From Selaginella moellendorffii (Eukaryota; Plantae; Lycopodiophyta): a stretch of DNA of 64,000 nucleotides. Location of the stretch: positions 3,418,398-3,482,397 of the forward strand of contig NW_003314266.1 of assembly GCF_000143415.4 (NCBI RefSeq), given 5' to 3'. The position numbers and the translations under genes are program-made. The notes under the pieces are model-generated. The model worked only from the letters and a program-made list of their open reading frames with translations, made no database searches and was not told the DNA's origin. Below, piece after piece: positions 50,871 through 63,583 of the stretch. Each line of letters starts with the position of its first letter. Within the stretch, counting starts at the first letter, position 1.

Positions 50871-51155
50871 TTGGGATGTGAAGCTAATTCACTTCGTATT
50901 TAAGAATGTTTAAACATGATTTATAATTTATAAATATAAAATTAATTTAAATTGTGAGGGCCAAGTGTACAACTACAATGATGTATACTAATATTAGCAT
51001 AATGGGAATTTGGTGTTATATTAGTTTCAATCTAGACCACGGTTTTTCTAACTCACAAAATATGTATTAACTGTTAAATGGTACTTGAAAAAATATGCCA
51101 AAATCCAAGCATATTCTACACTAAATAAAACTTCTATGGTTCAGATGTGGCTTAT

Positions 51156-52112
51156 ATGGATTTGATACCATCTAGTATATGGTGGGAGATCTTCTCGCGT
51201 CTGGACGATTGGAGCATAGTAAACAGTGTGTGTAAGTCATGGAGAGACATAATCCAATCCCCAGACTTCAATTCCAGGGGTGTAATGGATCCAGGGGTTT
51301 GGATCATCACGTATGTCAATGATGTGTTGAAGGCGTGGTGTCCTCTCTCAGGTTTCCTTTTAGATGAGCCATTTCCAGGCTTTGAGAATCCTTATAGAGT
51401 TTTGGCTATTGAGCATGGGCTGGTGCTTTTGCGCTGTGGATCGAAGAGCTATGTTGGCAATCCTGTGCTCATGGAATGGAAAGAAATACCTCCCATTGAC
51501 AAGATATTTCTCAAGACGGATAAGGTGGATGAAGAGATCTTGTGGTCTCATAATAAAGTATTATTTAGTGTTGATCCCCAGAAGTACTCCATATATGTTA
51601 TCAATAGCGACTGGTTGAACGATATTTCTGTTCTATATGATTCATCCTTGAGTGCATGGAGAATTGATCCACTTCTTGGTCCAGCTCTAGAGAATTGCCG
51701 GCATCCACCGTATCAGATGAAGAGAAAAGAGCCGAGAAGTTATATCAGGGTTTCCGACTATAAGGGGAGAAAAACGCTTGAGGTGATTACTAACAATGAG
51801 TTCAGGGTCTGGGAAGAGAGGGATCGATCAATTCCAAAACTCATTCATAAGAAGTTTCAAGTGGACAAGAGTGAGTGGAACTTGGTGGCAAAAGTTGGCA
51901 TACCTAAGCGCGAGGAATATAATCAACGCTACCTGGGAAGCCTGTATTGCTTCTGGTCCAAAGAAGCCCGCCCAAAGCTTCGCCCTTTTGTCGTGGACAT
52001 GGAAACTAAAACTTCATATGTTTTCCCACGGAAGCACAGGCGTGACAGATTTTCGAACACTGTTTTTGTTCTGACTGGAAACACCACCCCGGTTCCAGAC
52101 CAGCTGAAATAA
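51156..52112 (+). CDS. F-box protein (copy 2, diverged), intronless
   Basis: Paralogue of 46043-47005 with an intact ORF. Confidence 0.82.
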   Translation: MDLIPSSIWWEIFSRLDDWSIVNSVCKSWRDIIQSPDFNSRGVMDPGVWIITYVNDVLKAWCPLSGFLLDEPFPGFENPYRVLAIEHGLVLLRCGSKSYVGNPVLMEWKEIPPIDKIFLKTDKVDEEILWSHNKVLFSVDPQKYSIYVINSDWLNDISVLYDSSLSAWRIDPLLGPALENCRHPPYQMKRKEPRSYIRVSDYKGRKTLEVITNNEFRVWEERDRSIPKLIHKKFQVDKSEWNLVAKVGIPKREEYNQRYLGSLYCFWSKEARPKLRPFVVDMETKTSYVFPRKHRRDRFSNTVFVLTGNTTPVPDQLK

Positions 52113-52739
52113 TCTGCGTTCAATTTCAATATAAATCCTAAGTTACTTTGGTTAACTTTGCGCATAGTTTTCTTCACTTGCATCAGGAAAGATGTTTGTG
52201 CCCGCTGGCGGTGGTTTGGCGATGGAGATTTTCCATTCGTCTAAGGTGCATTAACACGTGTTCCATTAGATATTCCATTAGGAGTGGAGATTAAGATCAT
52301 GAAACACACTTCTAAGGTTTTCTTGGCAATCAGTCCGCATCCAAATGCGGATTTCCTCGGGAAGATGGCCTACGCAGTGCGACTGTTTAGTATTCCGTGA
52401 CCTTACAACTCGCTCCGCTGTAAAATAGTATTGATCCCGCCAGACACTATCAGGCACTTTGTTTGGACAGCAGTGGTATTGGCTTGTTTGCGAGTTTGTG
52501 TAAACCAGTTAGAGCGATTCCCTGATTTCTACAGTGTGTTTACTCCTGCCATGGCTTTCTCGTCCGGATAGTCGAGATCTTAGATCGCTCCAGGCAGAAA
52601 CTTCTCAGGGTCTAAAAACCGAGCAGCGAATCACGATAATTGTTATCTCAAGATTGAATGCCTCATCTTTGACAAGCCTCTATGTTTTTTTTTTTTCCTT
52701 CTCAGAAGAAGAAAGGAAAAGACCAAGACACACAAGATT

Positions 52740-53480
52740 GAATACTTTCTTTTTCCATTTGACAAGAAATCAGTAACTGGAGCTTTGCATGTAGCCCACT
52801 CCAAGTGAAGATAAAGCCCACGTAGTGAACCTGTAAGTAGTGTTTGTGGATTCCATGACTTTTTTAAGCTTGGAACTCGTTCTTGAAGTTCCAGGAGGTG
52901 GAGTGAACCACCAGGCCCGTGCACAAACAGGTTCGTTTTTAACGTTTTTCTCCAGGAAATGTTAACGTATGTTGATCTTTCTGTAGGATCACAAGGATTG
53001 AATCATGACTCGTGTATGACATCAACTCGAATATTGAAAAGCAGGCCATGTATACACTACCAGACGATGGCCTGAGAGGAAGGTAAGCTGTGATGTTTAA
53101 GCTTTGGAATCCTGGCAACGCATTTTCTCTTCTGTTATCGTTTTTCCAGATTGAGTATGGAATTCAATGAGATGGTGCGTGCAATCTTGATTCCCCAGTG
53201 TGCAAGGCGAAATAGAACAAGGGGCCATGTACACACTATCAGGGAAAGGTAAGCTCTCTTTGTGTTTATGCTTTGGAATGCTTAGTACGTATTTCCTTTT
53301 CCAGGTTGACCAGTGAGGTGACGCGCTGTCTGGACACACTGGGGATAATCAAGCCTTACTCCATCCTGGGCTTTTCTTCTTTTGATTCGTGAGTTGCAGG
53401 TATATGTTTCTCCTCGTTCGTCTCTGACGAGATCTTTCTTTGATGCTCAATCGCAGGATGAGCGTACTTCTTGTTGTCTG
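52740..53480 (+). pseudogene. Deleted NAOD fragments (middle and 3' exons)
   Basis: Patches match 43150-44110, including introns. Confidence 0.7.
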
Positions 53481-53644
53481 ACGTGTGGAAGATGTATCAA
53501 GTGAAAGCTATCTTCATTTCTTCCTCAACAATATGGCTTGGCAACAATGCAAGCCTTTGTAGAACGCGTGTCTGGTTATTTCCCGCCCATTTTCGAGTTT
53601 CATGCCCTAGGTTCTTCCCGCTTTCGAGTTTCATGCCCTAGGTC

Positions 53645-54859
53645 ATGGCAGCGATCGTGTTTCGGATGCTGGCATTCCTCATCGTCGTCTTGTCTCTGGA
53701 GCGCAACAGCAAGGTCGGCAATGGCCAGATTTCCCTATGGCAGGGCGCGGATCTCCTCACGCGATTGGATGTCGGGCGTGCGAATTTCTCTATCCAGGAT
53801 GCCGCTGAGCCAGCCACGGCAGATTGCTTGGGGGAGCTCAGGTAAGCCTACATTGATTTCCCCTTTCCCGGGAGCACAGTTTGGTCATTTGGATCCTTGG
53901 TGCGTTGCAATTCCAGGTCAGGAACTCGCAGTTTCTGTGGTGTTGCGCCCCCTCCTCCCTTGCATCCAGCTCCAACTCAAGGTCCAAAGGAGGGGGTTCC
54001 AGCTCCAGGACAGGAGGAAGCTCCAGGGCAGCAAGCTCCAGGTCCAGGTCCAAGACCTCCAACCATTCCAGCTCCACAGCAAGCTCCGGCTCTAGCTCCA
54101 GGACAGGAGGAAGCTCCAGGGCAGCAAGCTCCAGCTCCAGGTCCAAGACCTCCAACCATTCCAGCTTTAGTTGTAGGGCAGCAAGCTCCAGCTCCAGCTC
54201 CAGCTCCAGGGCAGCAAGCTTTAGCTCCAGAAGTTCCAGGTTCAAGACCTCCAACCATTCCAGCTCCACAGCAAGCTCCAGCTCTAGCTCCAGGACAGGA
54301 GGAAGCTCCAGGGCAGCAAACTCCAGGTCCAGGTCCAAGACCTCCAACCATTCCAGCTTCAGCTCCACAACCAGGGATCGTTCTCCCGGGTGTTGGGGGT
54401 GGTGGATTTGGTGGGGGTGGTGGGGGTGGTGGGCTTGGCAGCGGTGGTGATGCCCTACCTCCATCTCCACCACAAGCTCCATCTCCAGCAGACTCTCAAG
54501 CTCCATCTCCGGCAGACTCTCCAGCTCCAGATGAAGAATACCCGTGGCCTAGCCCGGGAAACACTTGGTATAAAAGCTCTCCGGTTCAGCAACCAGGACC
54601 AGAGTTGGCAGATGATCCGGATGACAATGACGAGCCGGAAGACTTGCCAGCAGTAGCTCCAGGCGTGTCTCCTCCAGCTTCTCCAGGTGCAAAGCCGCCT
54701 CCTTCTCCAGCTCCTCCAGCTCCTCCAGGTGCAAAGCCGCCTCCTCCTCCAGCGGCTGGCGTGCCTCTCCCAGCTCCTTTCTTGTGGCTCCCCCTGTCCT
54801 TTGGTTTGGGCACAGTGGTACTCTTTGGGATTCTGATCTACGTGATTAGAGAGAAATAG
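53645..54859 (+). CDS. Secreted Pro/Ala/Gly/Gln-rich repeat protein with C-terminal hydrophobic anchor (AGP/HRGP-like), 2 exons (53645-53841, 53917-54859)
   Basis: Signal-peptide-like N-terminus. A GT-AG intron joins the frames. APGQEEAPGQQAPGPGPRPPTIPAP repeats, then hydrophobic FLWLPLSFGLGTVVLFGILIYVI. Confidence 0.72.
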
Positions 54860-55249
54860 AGAGAAAGGCGAAGGCCTTGTCTTGTGAGAGATGAATGCAG
54901 CGGGTCGCTAAAGGTTGGGTTGAAGGAGATATCCTATATCGTTGCTATTCGATTCGAGCTATGATAGGCGATATTATTTGACTGTCGCCATGATCGATTG
55001 GATCGCACCCGCACCTGGATCCATCGTCCGCCCTCCAGCTCCAGCGCCATGCCCCAGATGCAGGGTTTAGAAACTCAGATGGACTTCGGCAGTCGACAGC
55101 TCTACGAGGAGATGGAAGATTTCGACACGGATGCTTGTTCCTCGAGGGACGAAGATCTCTGACCAGGGGTCTTGAAGTTTGGTGACCCAGAAAGTGCAGC
55201 GAGACGAAGTTACGGTGGTGATGGATCTCTGCAAGCTTGCGATTGCTGG

Positions 55250-55890
55250 TCGAGCTTCACGTTGCTCACGGCTTCGACTCCAACATCAAGGTCTCATCAA
55301 CGAACTTGACGTGGCCAGGCGAGTTTTCTCCAAAGTGAGAGCTCATGACGTGGTCTCCTGGACGGCTTTGATCGTCGCCACCACTACGATTTGGAGTTCA
55401 TGCGGCTCTTGGCGAGGAAAGACGGATCCGGCGACGGCGTTGAAGCAGCGAAGCTTGGATCCGGAGGATTTGGAGAAAGGCCAGGAGCTTCACGTAGAGA
55501 TCACTGCCTCGAGGGACTGCTCTAAATCCCCAGTGGTTCTCAATGCACTTGTCAACATGTGCGAAGAGTTGTTCAAGGGATGAAGGACAGGGGTGGACGA
55601 TTTTGATCTCGGCTTATGTCGAAGGCTCTACCGCCGAATGATCCTGGAAGGAGTCCAGCCAACCGAGGTGACGATGCTGGTGGTCATTGCTGCATGCTCG
55701 GCTATGGAGTCACCCTGGGAAGGTATAGTCACTGCTTTGACAGACTCTAAATTCTTCACGGACACGGCTGTGTGTGTGATATTTCTGGACAGCTTAAAGG
55801 ACGGTCCACTGTAAGTGTAGCTCATCCTCTTTGTTTTCTTCTCCTGGAGGTAACATTGGTTTTAATGTTGAACTTGCAAATCGTCCATTT
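55250..55890 (+). pseudogene. PPR fragments fused to an NAOD exon fragment; partly duplicated at 60573-60982
   Basis: ARRVFSKVRAHDVVSWTALI, VLNALVNM, MILEGVQPTEVTMLVVIAACS, then LDSLKDGPL|gtaag from NAOD. Confidence 0.7.
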
Positions 55891-57354
55891 TAGCATGCGG
55901 CAATGACCACCAGCATCGTCACCACGTCAAAGCAGTAACTTTGGCTATGGAAAGTCCAGCTGATATAGCTTTCTTGCAAATATTTTCAATCCATAAGTTT
56001 CTTTTGCATCTCGTGCTGCTTTGAGGGTTCTTGAGCGTTGATCTGGATCGGCAGCGCAAGCATATGCGACTGCAAATCTGAACAACTGGGTAAGCTTTTC
56101 CTGGATCAAGGTTTTATCTCGCATTCTCTAGAGCGATCTTCGCAATTTTCTTTTAGTGATCTATGTAGCGCTTGTAAAAGCACAAGCTGATTTTTACTTC
56201 ATCCCACGGGTTACTCGAGAAGAACGGTCCATTGTAAGCCTTTTTGGTTCTTTGTTTCTTTCATCTTTCTCTTTTCTGTATAGATTTGGATAGACACAGC
56301 AGACAAGCGACCGTCTGGTGCGAAGATTTCTCAGGCGAAGAAGATGGAAGAGAGAGGAGAAGATCGGAAAGGGAATAAAGAAAAAAGCCAAGGTCAAGAT
56401 CATGAAGCCTCTGCTTTTCATGGAAAATATGAAGCAGATTCAAATGCCAGTGTCATTTACAGCGAGCTTCCTTGTATGTTTGATCTGTAAACTCTTGAGT
56501 ACTTATTTTCAAGGCCACCAAGAAGTCGTGGAAGTTGTACGTGGCATGGAAACCAAAGCAAGCTAAATTTTTGTGAGGCCGCGGCTCCTGCACGATCGGG
56601 CTTTGGTCCAGGGCATCCTCAATGGCCTTGCTCATTTTCCTTCTCCTGGCTGGATCTTGTTACGCTTGGCAGCGCTGGTCCCGATCCATCACAAGCTGCT
56701 CCACCTAAAGCATGGTGGGAGGAAAGACCAAGCGAGGGAGAAAATTGGATAGAAGATTCTCCGTCTGAATAACCAGGGGTTGATGATCCGGAGGAAGAAA
56801 CGATTCCAATTCCCGTTCCAGCCAGATAGATGCAAAATACATGTAAATCTTCGAATGATAAGCAAAATAGATGGAAGACAACCCTCAGTCAGTGCCTTGA
56901 ACGACACGCTCCTGTTCCAAAGAACTCCAAGCTCGCCCGACGCCAAAACATCGTATGTTAGCACAGGCGTAACAGACTTTCCAGCACAGTGAATGGAAAC
57001 ACTTGCATCAATCAAGTTTTGTTTAGACCATCTTCTCAGGGGCTGCTGGGTCTAGGCTGAACCAGCAACTCCAAGCTCAGGCTCTGGGGAGATACAATCG
57101 CCGGAATGTGCGAGTGATTGACCATGACACCTAGGAAAGAATTTTCGATTCCAAAGATCAATGCCGAAAGTGCTTTGATATCTTTTTTTTTTACCTTCTT
57201 TTCCATCTATCGACATAAGCAACAGAGAATCTCCTCAGCGTGCATACGTTTTGAGAACCCTTTGAAAATGGTTCTTTTTTCTTTTCTTTTTGAGAGAAAG
57301 AGAAAGAACGAGCTTTTTTGGTCGGGGGCATGGGACCTCTCTCCTCGGTAAGAA

Positions 57355-58168
57355 GGCGAATCCGGATGACTGGGTAAGCTGGAAAATTTTCGCATTCTCG
57401 GATCTGATCTTTGAGAATCTCTTTTTTCTGTTCCAACTGGCTAGAGTTCTTCCATTTCTATTGGAAGTTTTCTTTTTTTTTTTCTGATGAGGTGCCTTTG
57501 TTCTTTGTTGTTTTCTTCGCATGAATTTGATCCTTTATCTATGGTGACGAGCTAAGCGGATGAGGAACAACTGATTGCCTGGGACATGTAGCGCTTGTCA
57601 CTGATCTCATGAGGCATCGAGGGACATAGGGCATAGCAACCGGCATGATCTCTTGGAAGCTCACGGCTTATGGAAAGTTTTTCCATAGCGGCCTTCCACA
57701 CAAGGTTCGTTATTTTCTCTTCTTCCAACTGAATTCTAGAGTAGGTTTATGTAGACCATTAATCCGATGGAAGCTATGAAGGAGATCCAGACTCATTTTC
57801 CCGCACATCCAAGTTATGGTTTTGCGACACTGGAGCTGTAAGAATACATGACGGTTTTAACCTTGAAACTCGTTCTTGAAGATCCCGGAGGTGGGCTGAA
57901 GCATATCCCAGGTTAGTGCACGATCTGTAGGAATTGCAGCTCCGTTTGTTATGTTTTTCTCTGGTAAATGCGAGTTTTCAGATTGACTAAACTTCTGAAG
58001 ACGTCTACGTGGATGACAGCTGGCTACGGTAAGCAGCTTGACCGTTTTGTGTGTTCCCGTTTCTCAGGATTGATGCCCACGTACCATGCACAGAGCGACT
58101 GCTTGCTATCTGATATGCGCCAGGGGTTCCAAGTTATGGCCAACATAATCTCTCGCTTAGAAGAGTGA
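57355..58168 (+). pseudogene. Internally deleted NAOD copy ending ...ISRLEE*
   Basis: Last exon GLMPTYHAQSDCLLSDMRQGFQVMANIISRLEE plus upstream patches. Confidence 0.8.
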
Positions 58169-58229
58169 ATATGTCTATAACGTTTAACACCTTAAAGTGA
58201 TTAGAATATGTGGTTTAGGTAAGGCTCAT

Positions 58230-59189
58230 ATGGATCTGATACCATGGTGGGAGATCGTTTCGCGTCTGGACAATTGGAGCATAGTCCGTGCAAGCAGTGT
58301 GTGTAAGTCATGGAGGGACATAATCCAATCCCCAGGCTTCAAAGCCAGGGGTGTGATGGATCAAGGGGTTTGGATTCTCACTTATGTCAATGATGTGTTG
58401 AGGGCGTGGTGTCCACTCTCAGGGTTTTTTTTGGATGAGCCTTTCCCAAGCTTTGAGCGTCCTTATAGAGTTTTGGCTATTGAGCATGGGCTGGTGCTAT
58501 TGCGCTGTGGATCGAAGAGCTATGTTGGCAATCCCGTGCTCATGGAATGGAAAGAAGTGCCTCCCATTGACAAGATATTTCTCAAGACCGATAAGGTGGA
58601 TGAAGAGATCCTATGGTCTCACAAAGTACTATTTAGTGTTGATCGCCAGAGGTACTCCATATATGTTATCAATAGCGACTGGTTGAACGAAATTTCTGTT
58701 ATATATGACTCATCCGTGAGTGTTTGGAGAATTGATCCATCTCTTGGTCCGGCTCTAGAAGCTAGAGCTAAACCACAGTATTCTTTAGCAATAAAGGAGC
58801 CGAGAAGTTACATCAGTCATTTCGAGTATAAGGGGCAAAAAATGCTTGAGGTGATTACTAACAACGAGTTCAGTGTCTGGGAAGAGAGGGATCCATCAAT
58901 TCAAAAATGCATGAGCGACATTCATAAGACATTTGAGGTGGATAAGAGTCAGTGGAACTTGGTGGCAAAAATTGGCATACCTAAGCGCGAAAAATATAAT
59001 TGTCACTACCTAGAAACCCTGTATTGATTCTGGTCCAAAGAAGCCCGCCCAAAACTTCGTCCTTTTGTCGTGGACCTGGAAACTAAAACCGCATATGTTT
59101 TCCCACGCAAGTACAGGCGTGACCAATTTTCGAGTACTGTTTATATTCTGATTGGAAAAACCACCCCAGTTCCAGACCAGCTGAAACAA
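58230..59189 (+). pseudogene. F-box protein (copy 3) with premature stop
   Basis: TGC>TGA at 59025-59027 relative to copy 1. The original TAA has become CAA. Confidence 0.8.
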
Positions 59190-62100
59190 AGCTTTCGGGA
59201 TTTGTTAAAGGCCATTATTATTTGGAATGCCTCATTGAATTTGTTCTAGGAAGCAAAAATAGAAGAATTACAATGCTTAAGCAAACCTGTAGGATGGTAG
59301 TGGATATACCTAGAATGTATTTGAATATTCCAGGATATTTTACCTAGCTTAATCTTGTATTTATAATTTATAAACTTTCTGAAACCCTTTCTAATATATT
59401 ATTTTTTTATCCTATCATCTAATGGTACAATAAGATTAATCTTGTATTTAAAAATTACAAACATGCTTATAATTATAAACTTTATTTGATCAATTGAATT
59501 AATAAGTAAAAATAACACTACTATTAAGCAAACCAAGCATTGCTACATGAAAAGCATAGCAACTAATTTTTATTTAATTATTTTAATATTATATATTAGA
59601 TATATTTAAATAATTTGCTATGCATTGCATGTATTAATCTAATTGATATAAACATGTTCATAATTTATAAACACAAGATTAATTTTATTCCATATCAACC
59701 ATTAGATGGTAGAATAAAAAATAATATACTAGAAAGTGTTTAAGAAAGTTTATAAATTATAAACATGTTTATAAATTATAAATACAAGATTAATCTAAAT
59801 GAATAACAACTGTTAGATGGTAGAATATCCTAGGATATTCAAGCAAAGCTTTTATTTCAAAGAGACATCACACAACACACTTAGAATGATAAAATGATGA
59901 TAGACATTATAAGACCGAATAGTAATACAAGGGAGGCATAAGACCACTATACCTACCTTCTACACTCCTTACACTCTTTTGTAATTGAGAGCTCCTCCGA
60001 TCTGCACAGGTAGATAAGGCTAGGGAGATCCTTCTCGGCCCAAGGAATCCCAGGGAATTGATCCCACAAGGCTGGAAGGCTGTGCAGTCGTATAGGACGT
60101 GAAAGGCGTCCTCTTCCTGGCGGGAGTACAAAGGAGGCAGTCTCAAGGTGCCAAGGTGTTCTAGTCCTTTCACTGCGAACCAGTGGGCCGAGCCTTGGTG
60201 ATAGACCCGTCCCACTGAATTCACTGTCAAGCAATAGATTTCATACTTGACAGCCATGAGCATTCTCTCGCCCCATGCTTGTTCCATCCACCAGGTGCAG
60301 TTGTCCATGGGACCTTGAATTATCTCCTTGATATCTAGCTTCGTAAATAAGACGTTGATAGCATGCATGGAGAGCTTGGTTTGGAGCTATGCTGTGTTCC
60401 AATGACATGTTTCATGCAAGGAGCTCCAATTGCCAGACCAAAATATTATATGGTATGAGACATTCCTCCTGCATAACTCTGTCATAAGCATTTGATGAAA
60501 ACTATTGGAGGGAATATTACTTTTTTTTTCACATCATATTATTTAGTTTGTCGATCTCTAGATATTTTTGTAGAGGATTTAGAGGATCTTCACGTAGAGA
60601 TCACTGCCTCGAGGGACTGCTCTAAATCGCCGGTGGTTCTCAATGCACTCGTCAACATGTGCGAAGAGTTGTTCAAGGGGATGAAGGACAGGGGTGGACG
60701 ATTTTGATCTCCGCTTACGTCGAAGGTGTAGGCTCTACCACCGAATGATCCTGGAAGGACGAGGTGACGATGCTGGTGGTCATTGCCGCATGTTCGGCTA
60801 TGGAGTCACCCTAGTCACTGCTTTGACAGACTCTAAATTCTTCACGGACACGGCTGTGTGCATGTGATATTTCTGAACAGCTTAAAGGACGGTCCACTGT
60901 AAGTGTAGCTCATCCTCTTTGTTTTCTTCTCCTGGAGGTAACATTGGTTTTAATGTTGAACTTGCAAATCGTCCATTTTAGAATTTGCGTACGCGAGCCC
61001 TCAACTTCCAAAAACTACGACGTCCACTCCTCCAGACGCGGTTCTACTGTGATTTCCCCGCACATCCAAGTGACGAACGTTATGGTTTTGCGACACCAGC
61101 CACTATGAAGCCCACGCAGTGGAACTGTTAAGTGTTCTGTGGATTCCATGACGTTTTTAACCTTGCAACTCGTTGTTGAAGTTCCCGGAGGTGGAGTGAA
61201 CCATCAGCATGGAAGACGTGAGAGCCTTTGTCGCGTACCACCATTGGCATTCGCAAAGGTCTGTAATTTTTGCTCCTAGCTTCTCTTTTATTATATCAGA
61301 GGCATGTTTCCTACCAACGTACCAAGGAATCCTCGCACAATGCGAAAAGGATTTTTGACTGTCTTGAGTTATGGGCGCTGCTTGGATTTGTTTGAAAACT
61401 CCAGGACTGATTTCTATAAGTTTTATTCATTTTTCCAGCAGCGATATGGACAACGAGAACATGGGATTTCTTGAGAGGTCCAAGATGGTGGAGGTTACCG
61501 TTCCAGCTCAGGAAAGCAGCAGAACGCCACTCTCACTGGGACAAAGTATCTTGGACACTCCCACTGCTGTTGGAGGATAATTTGCAGGTCGATCCAAAGT
61601 ACGCGGAATTCTCTTTGCCAAGGGAGTGCGAGGACACGGTCTGAGGTAGGAACTCTCTATGCCTTCTTTTATTTTCTGACTACGAGTGAGAGCAGCGATT
61701 CGTAATCCATACTCTGTAAGCTTAGCATTATATACTCTGGATTGTGATTTCTTTGTCGCACATCATCTCTTAAAGCTCTATAGATACGATATATTTGTGC
61801 AGCGCTTCTGTCTGACTGTACTACGTTTTTCTTAGCAGCCTCTGGAGGTTGGTTGTTTCAAGGAAGAACCTTTGGAACTGATTATTTTTATTAAAAATTT
61901 GAGAACGATGGTGGGTCGTTCGAGCCTTGAGGTTAGCATATACCTTAAATTTGAAACATGTATGTCAGTTTTTATTGCCGCTATACAAGATTATGCCTTT
62001 TATTTTGTGTGACAAGAAATTTGCCCAGCCAATGCTGTCCCCAGTTCAAGGATGCACACCTCGCTAGGGGTTTCGCGGAATTAGGGTTTAGGACTTCTGG

Positions 62101-62599
62101 ATTTGTCGCAAACTTCAAAGGAATATATGAATTTATATCTTGAAGTTTAAATTGAAAAATTCCTATGTTGGGCTGTGAGCTCTTTAAGTAGATATCCATG
62201 TTGAAATTGCACTCATCACCCAGAAGGGAAAAGAAGGAAAAAAAGAAATGCCGAGCTCTTGGCACTCACAGCAAACTCCAATCACTGTTATGTCAGGAGG
62301 AGAGCTAGCTACTCAAAAATGATTTTCTCTTTATCAGTGTCAATTTTGATTCTGGAAGTTTAAGTTTGTTTCAGTCTTAGAAAATTATATGATTGGGTTC
62401 CATCATATTTCGTTCTGCCAAGCACTTGTGTCTTTTGTGGCACATGGTTACAAAGAGGCCCTACTTCGGCCCCTAGACTTCTTTGGCATTGGGTTGCTTT
62501 GCTTTCAAATGTTCCTCTGCCATAGGGTAGGGTTTAGCCAAGTGCCATGCACCAAAACAATCCTGTCAAAATCAAGCAGCACTACATCGCCATAACCTA

Positions 62600-63583
62600 A
62601 ACGCCTTGCCGACAACAACGTGACAACACGTGCTTTTCTCCATAACACTCTTCAGTTTCTTGATTGCATTAGCTCGACGGGTTATAATATGCCATTTTGC
62701 TTGAGACATGGTTTTAGAGGTGTGTTGATGCAAGAAAACCTGAGTGTGCCTGGTCAGCGCCATCCTATTGCATATATAAGCTGTACATTACAACCAGCGG
62801 AGGTGAATTACTTCATGATAGAAAAAGAGTGTTTATCAACAGTTTAGGGTTTCTAGAAACTTCATGCATATTTACATTGTTCTTGAAGGTTACTAGAATG
62901 TGATCATGCTACCATTATTTCATTATTGAAGCGAAAGAACTTGGTTGGTCGTATTGTTTGGTGGGTTTTGAAGCTTCAAGTATATAATTTTGATATTATT
63001 CATCGCCAGGAAATTCTATGACTGATGTTGATGCCTTTTCTCGAGCTCCTCTTTCTTATTTGCTCTCTTCTCATATTTCTGACGAGCTTGTTATTCTGGT
63101 ATCTGTGGATTTTCTAAACGAGGATTCTGTGCCATTGGCAATTGCTATATTTGACATTCAGTGTCCATAAGGTATAAAGCAAAACATGCCTTCTCTTGAT
63201 GAGGTTCGTGAGGTTTAAAAGATTGAGCTGTGGATTCGAAAGCTTGGGAATCCTGCATCACTTACTGATGACTTGCCATTTTGGCATTTACATTCTCAAT
63301 ATCGCCTTGAAGAAGGCCTTCTTTATTTTGTGGGGACAGATCCTAATGATTGATTACGGCTGGTAGGGCCTTCAATCTTTATTCCATAGTTTCTCTATGC
63401 CTACCATGATTCTCCTATTCTAGGTGGGCATATAGGACATCATTATTGTGTGACCAAGAAACTGTATATGTTTTTCTATTAGCCAGAGATGTTACGCGAT
63501 GTTATTTGGTATATGCATAGCTGTGTTTGGTGTCAAGCTCGTAATACTCCCCCTCATGCTGCAAAAAGGCGGTTGGAGTCAAT
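62600..63583 (+). mobile_element. Degenerate Ty3/gypsy RNase H-integrase fragment
   Basis: HPIAYISCTLQPAEVNY..IEKECL, WVLKLQVYNFDIIHR, HDSP..GGH and SCVWCQ. Many stops. Confidence 0.8.

Larger units (their letters stand above)
55937..60571 (+). repeat. Segmental duplication B, copy 2
   Basis: Colinear with 44193-48519. Confidence 0.9.
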
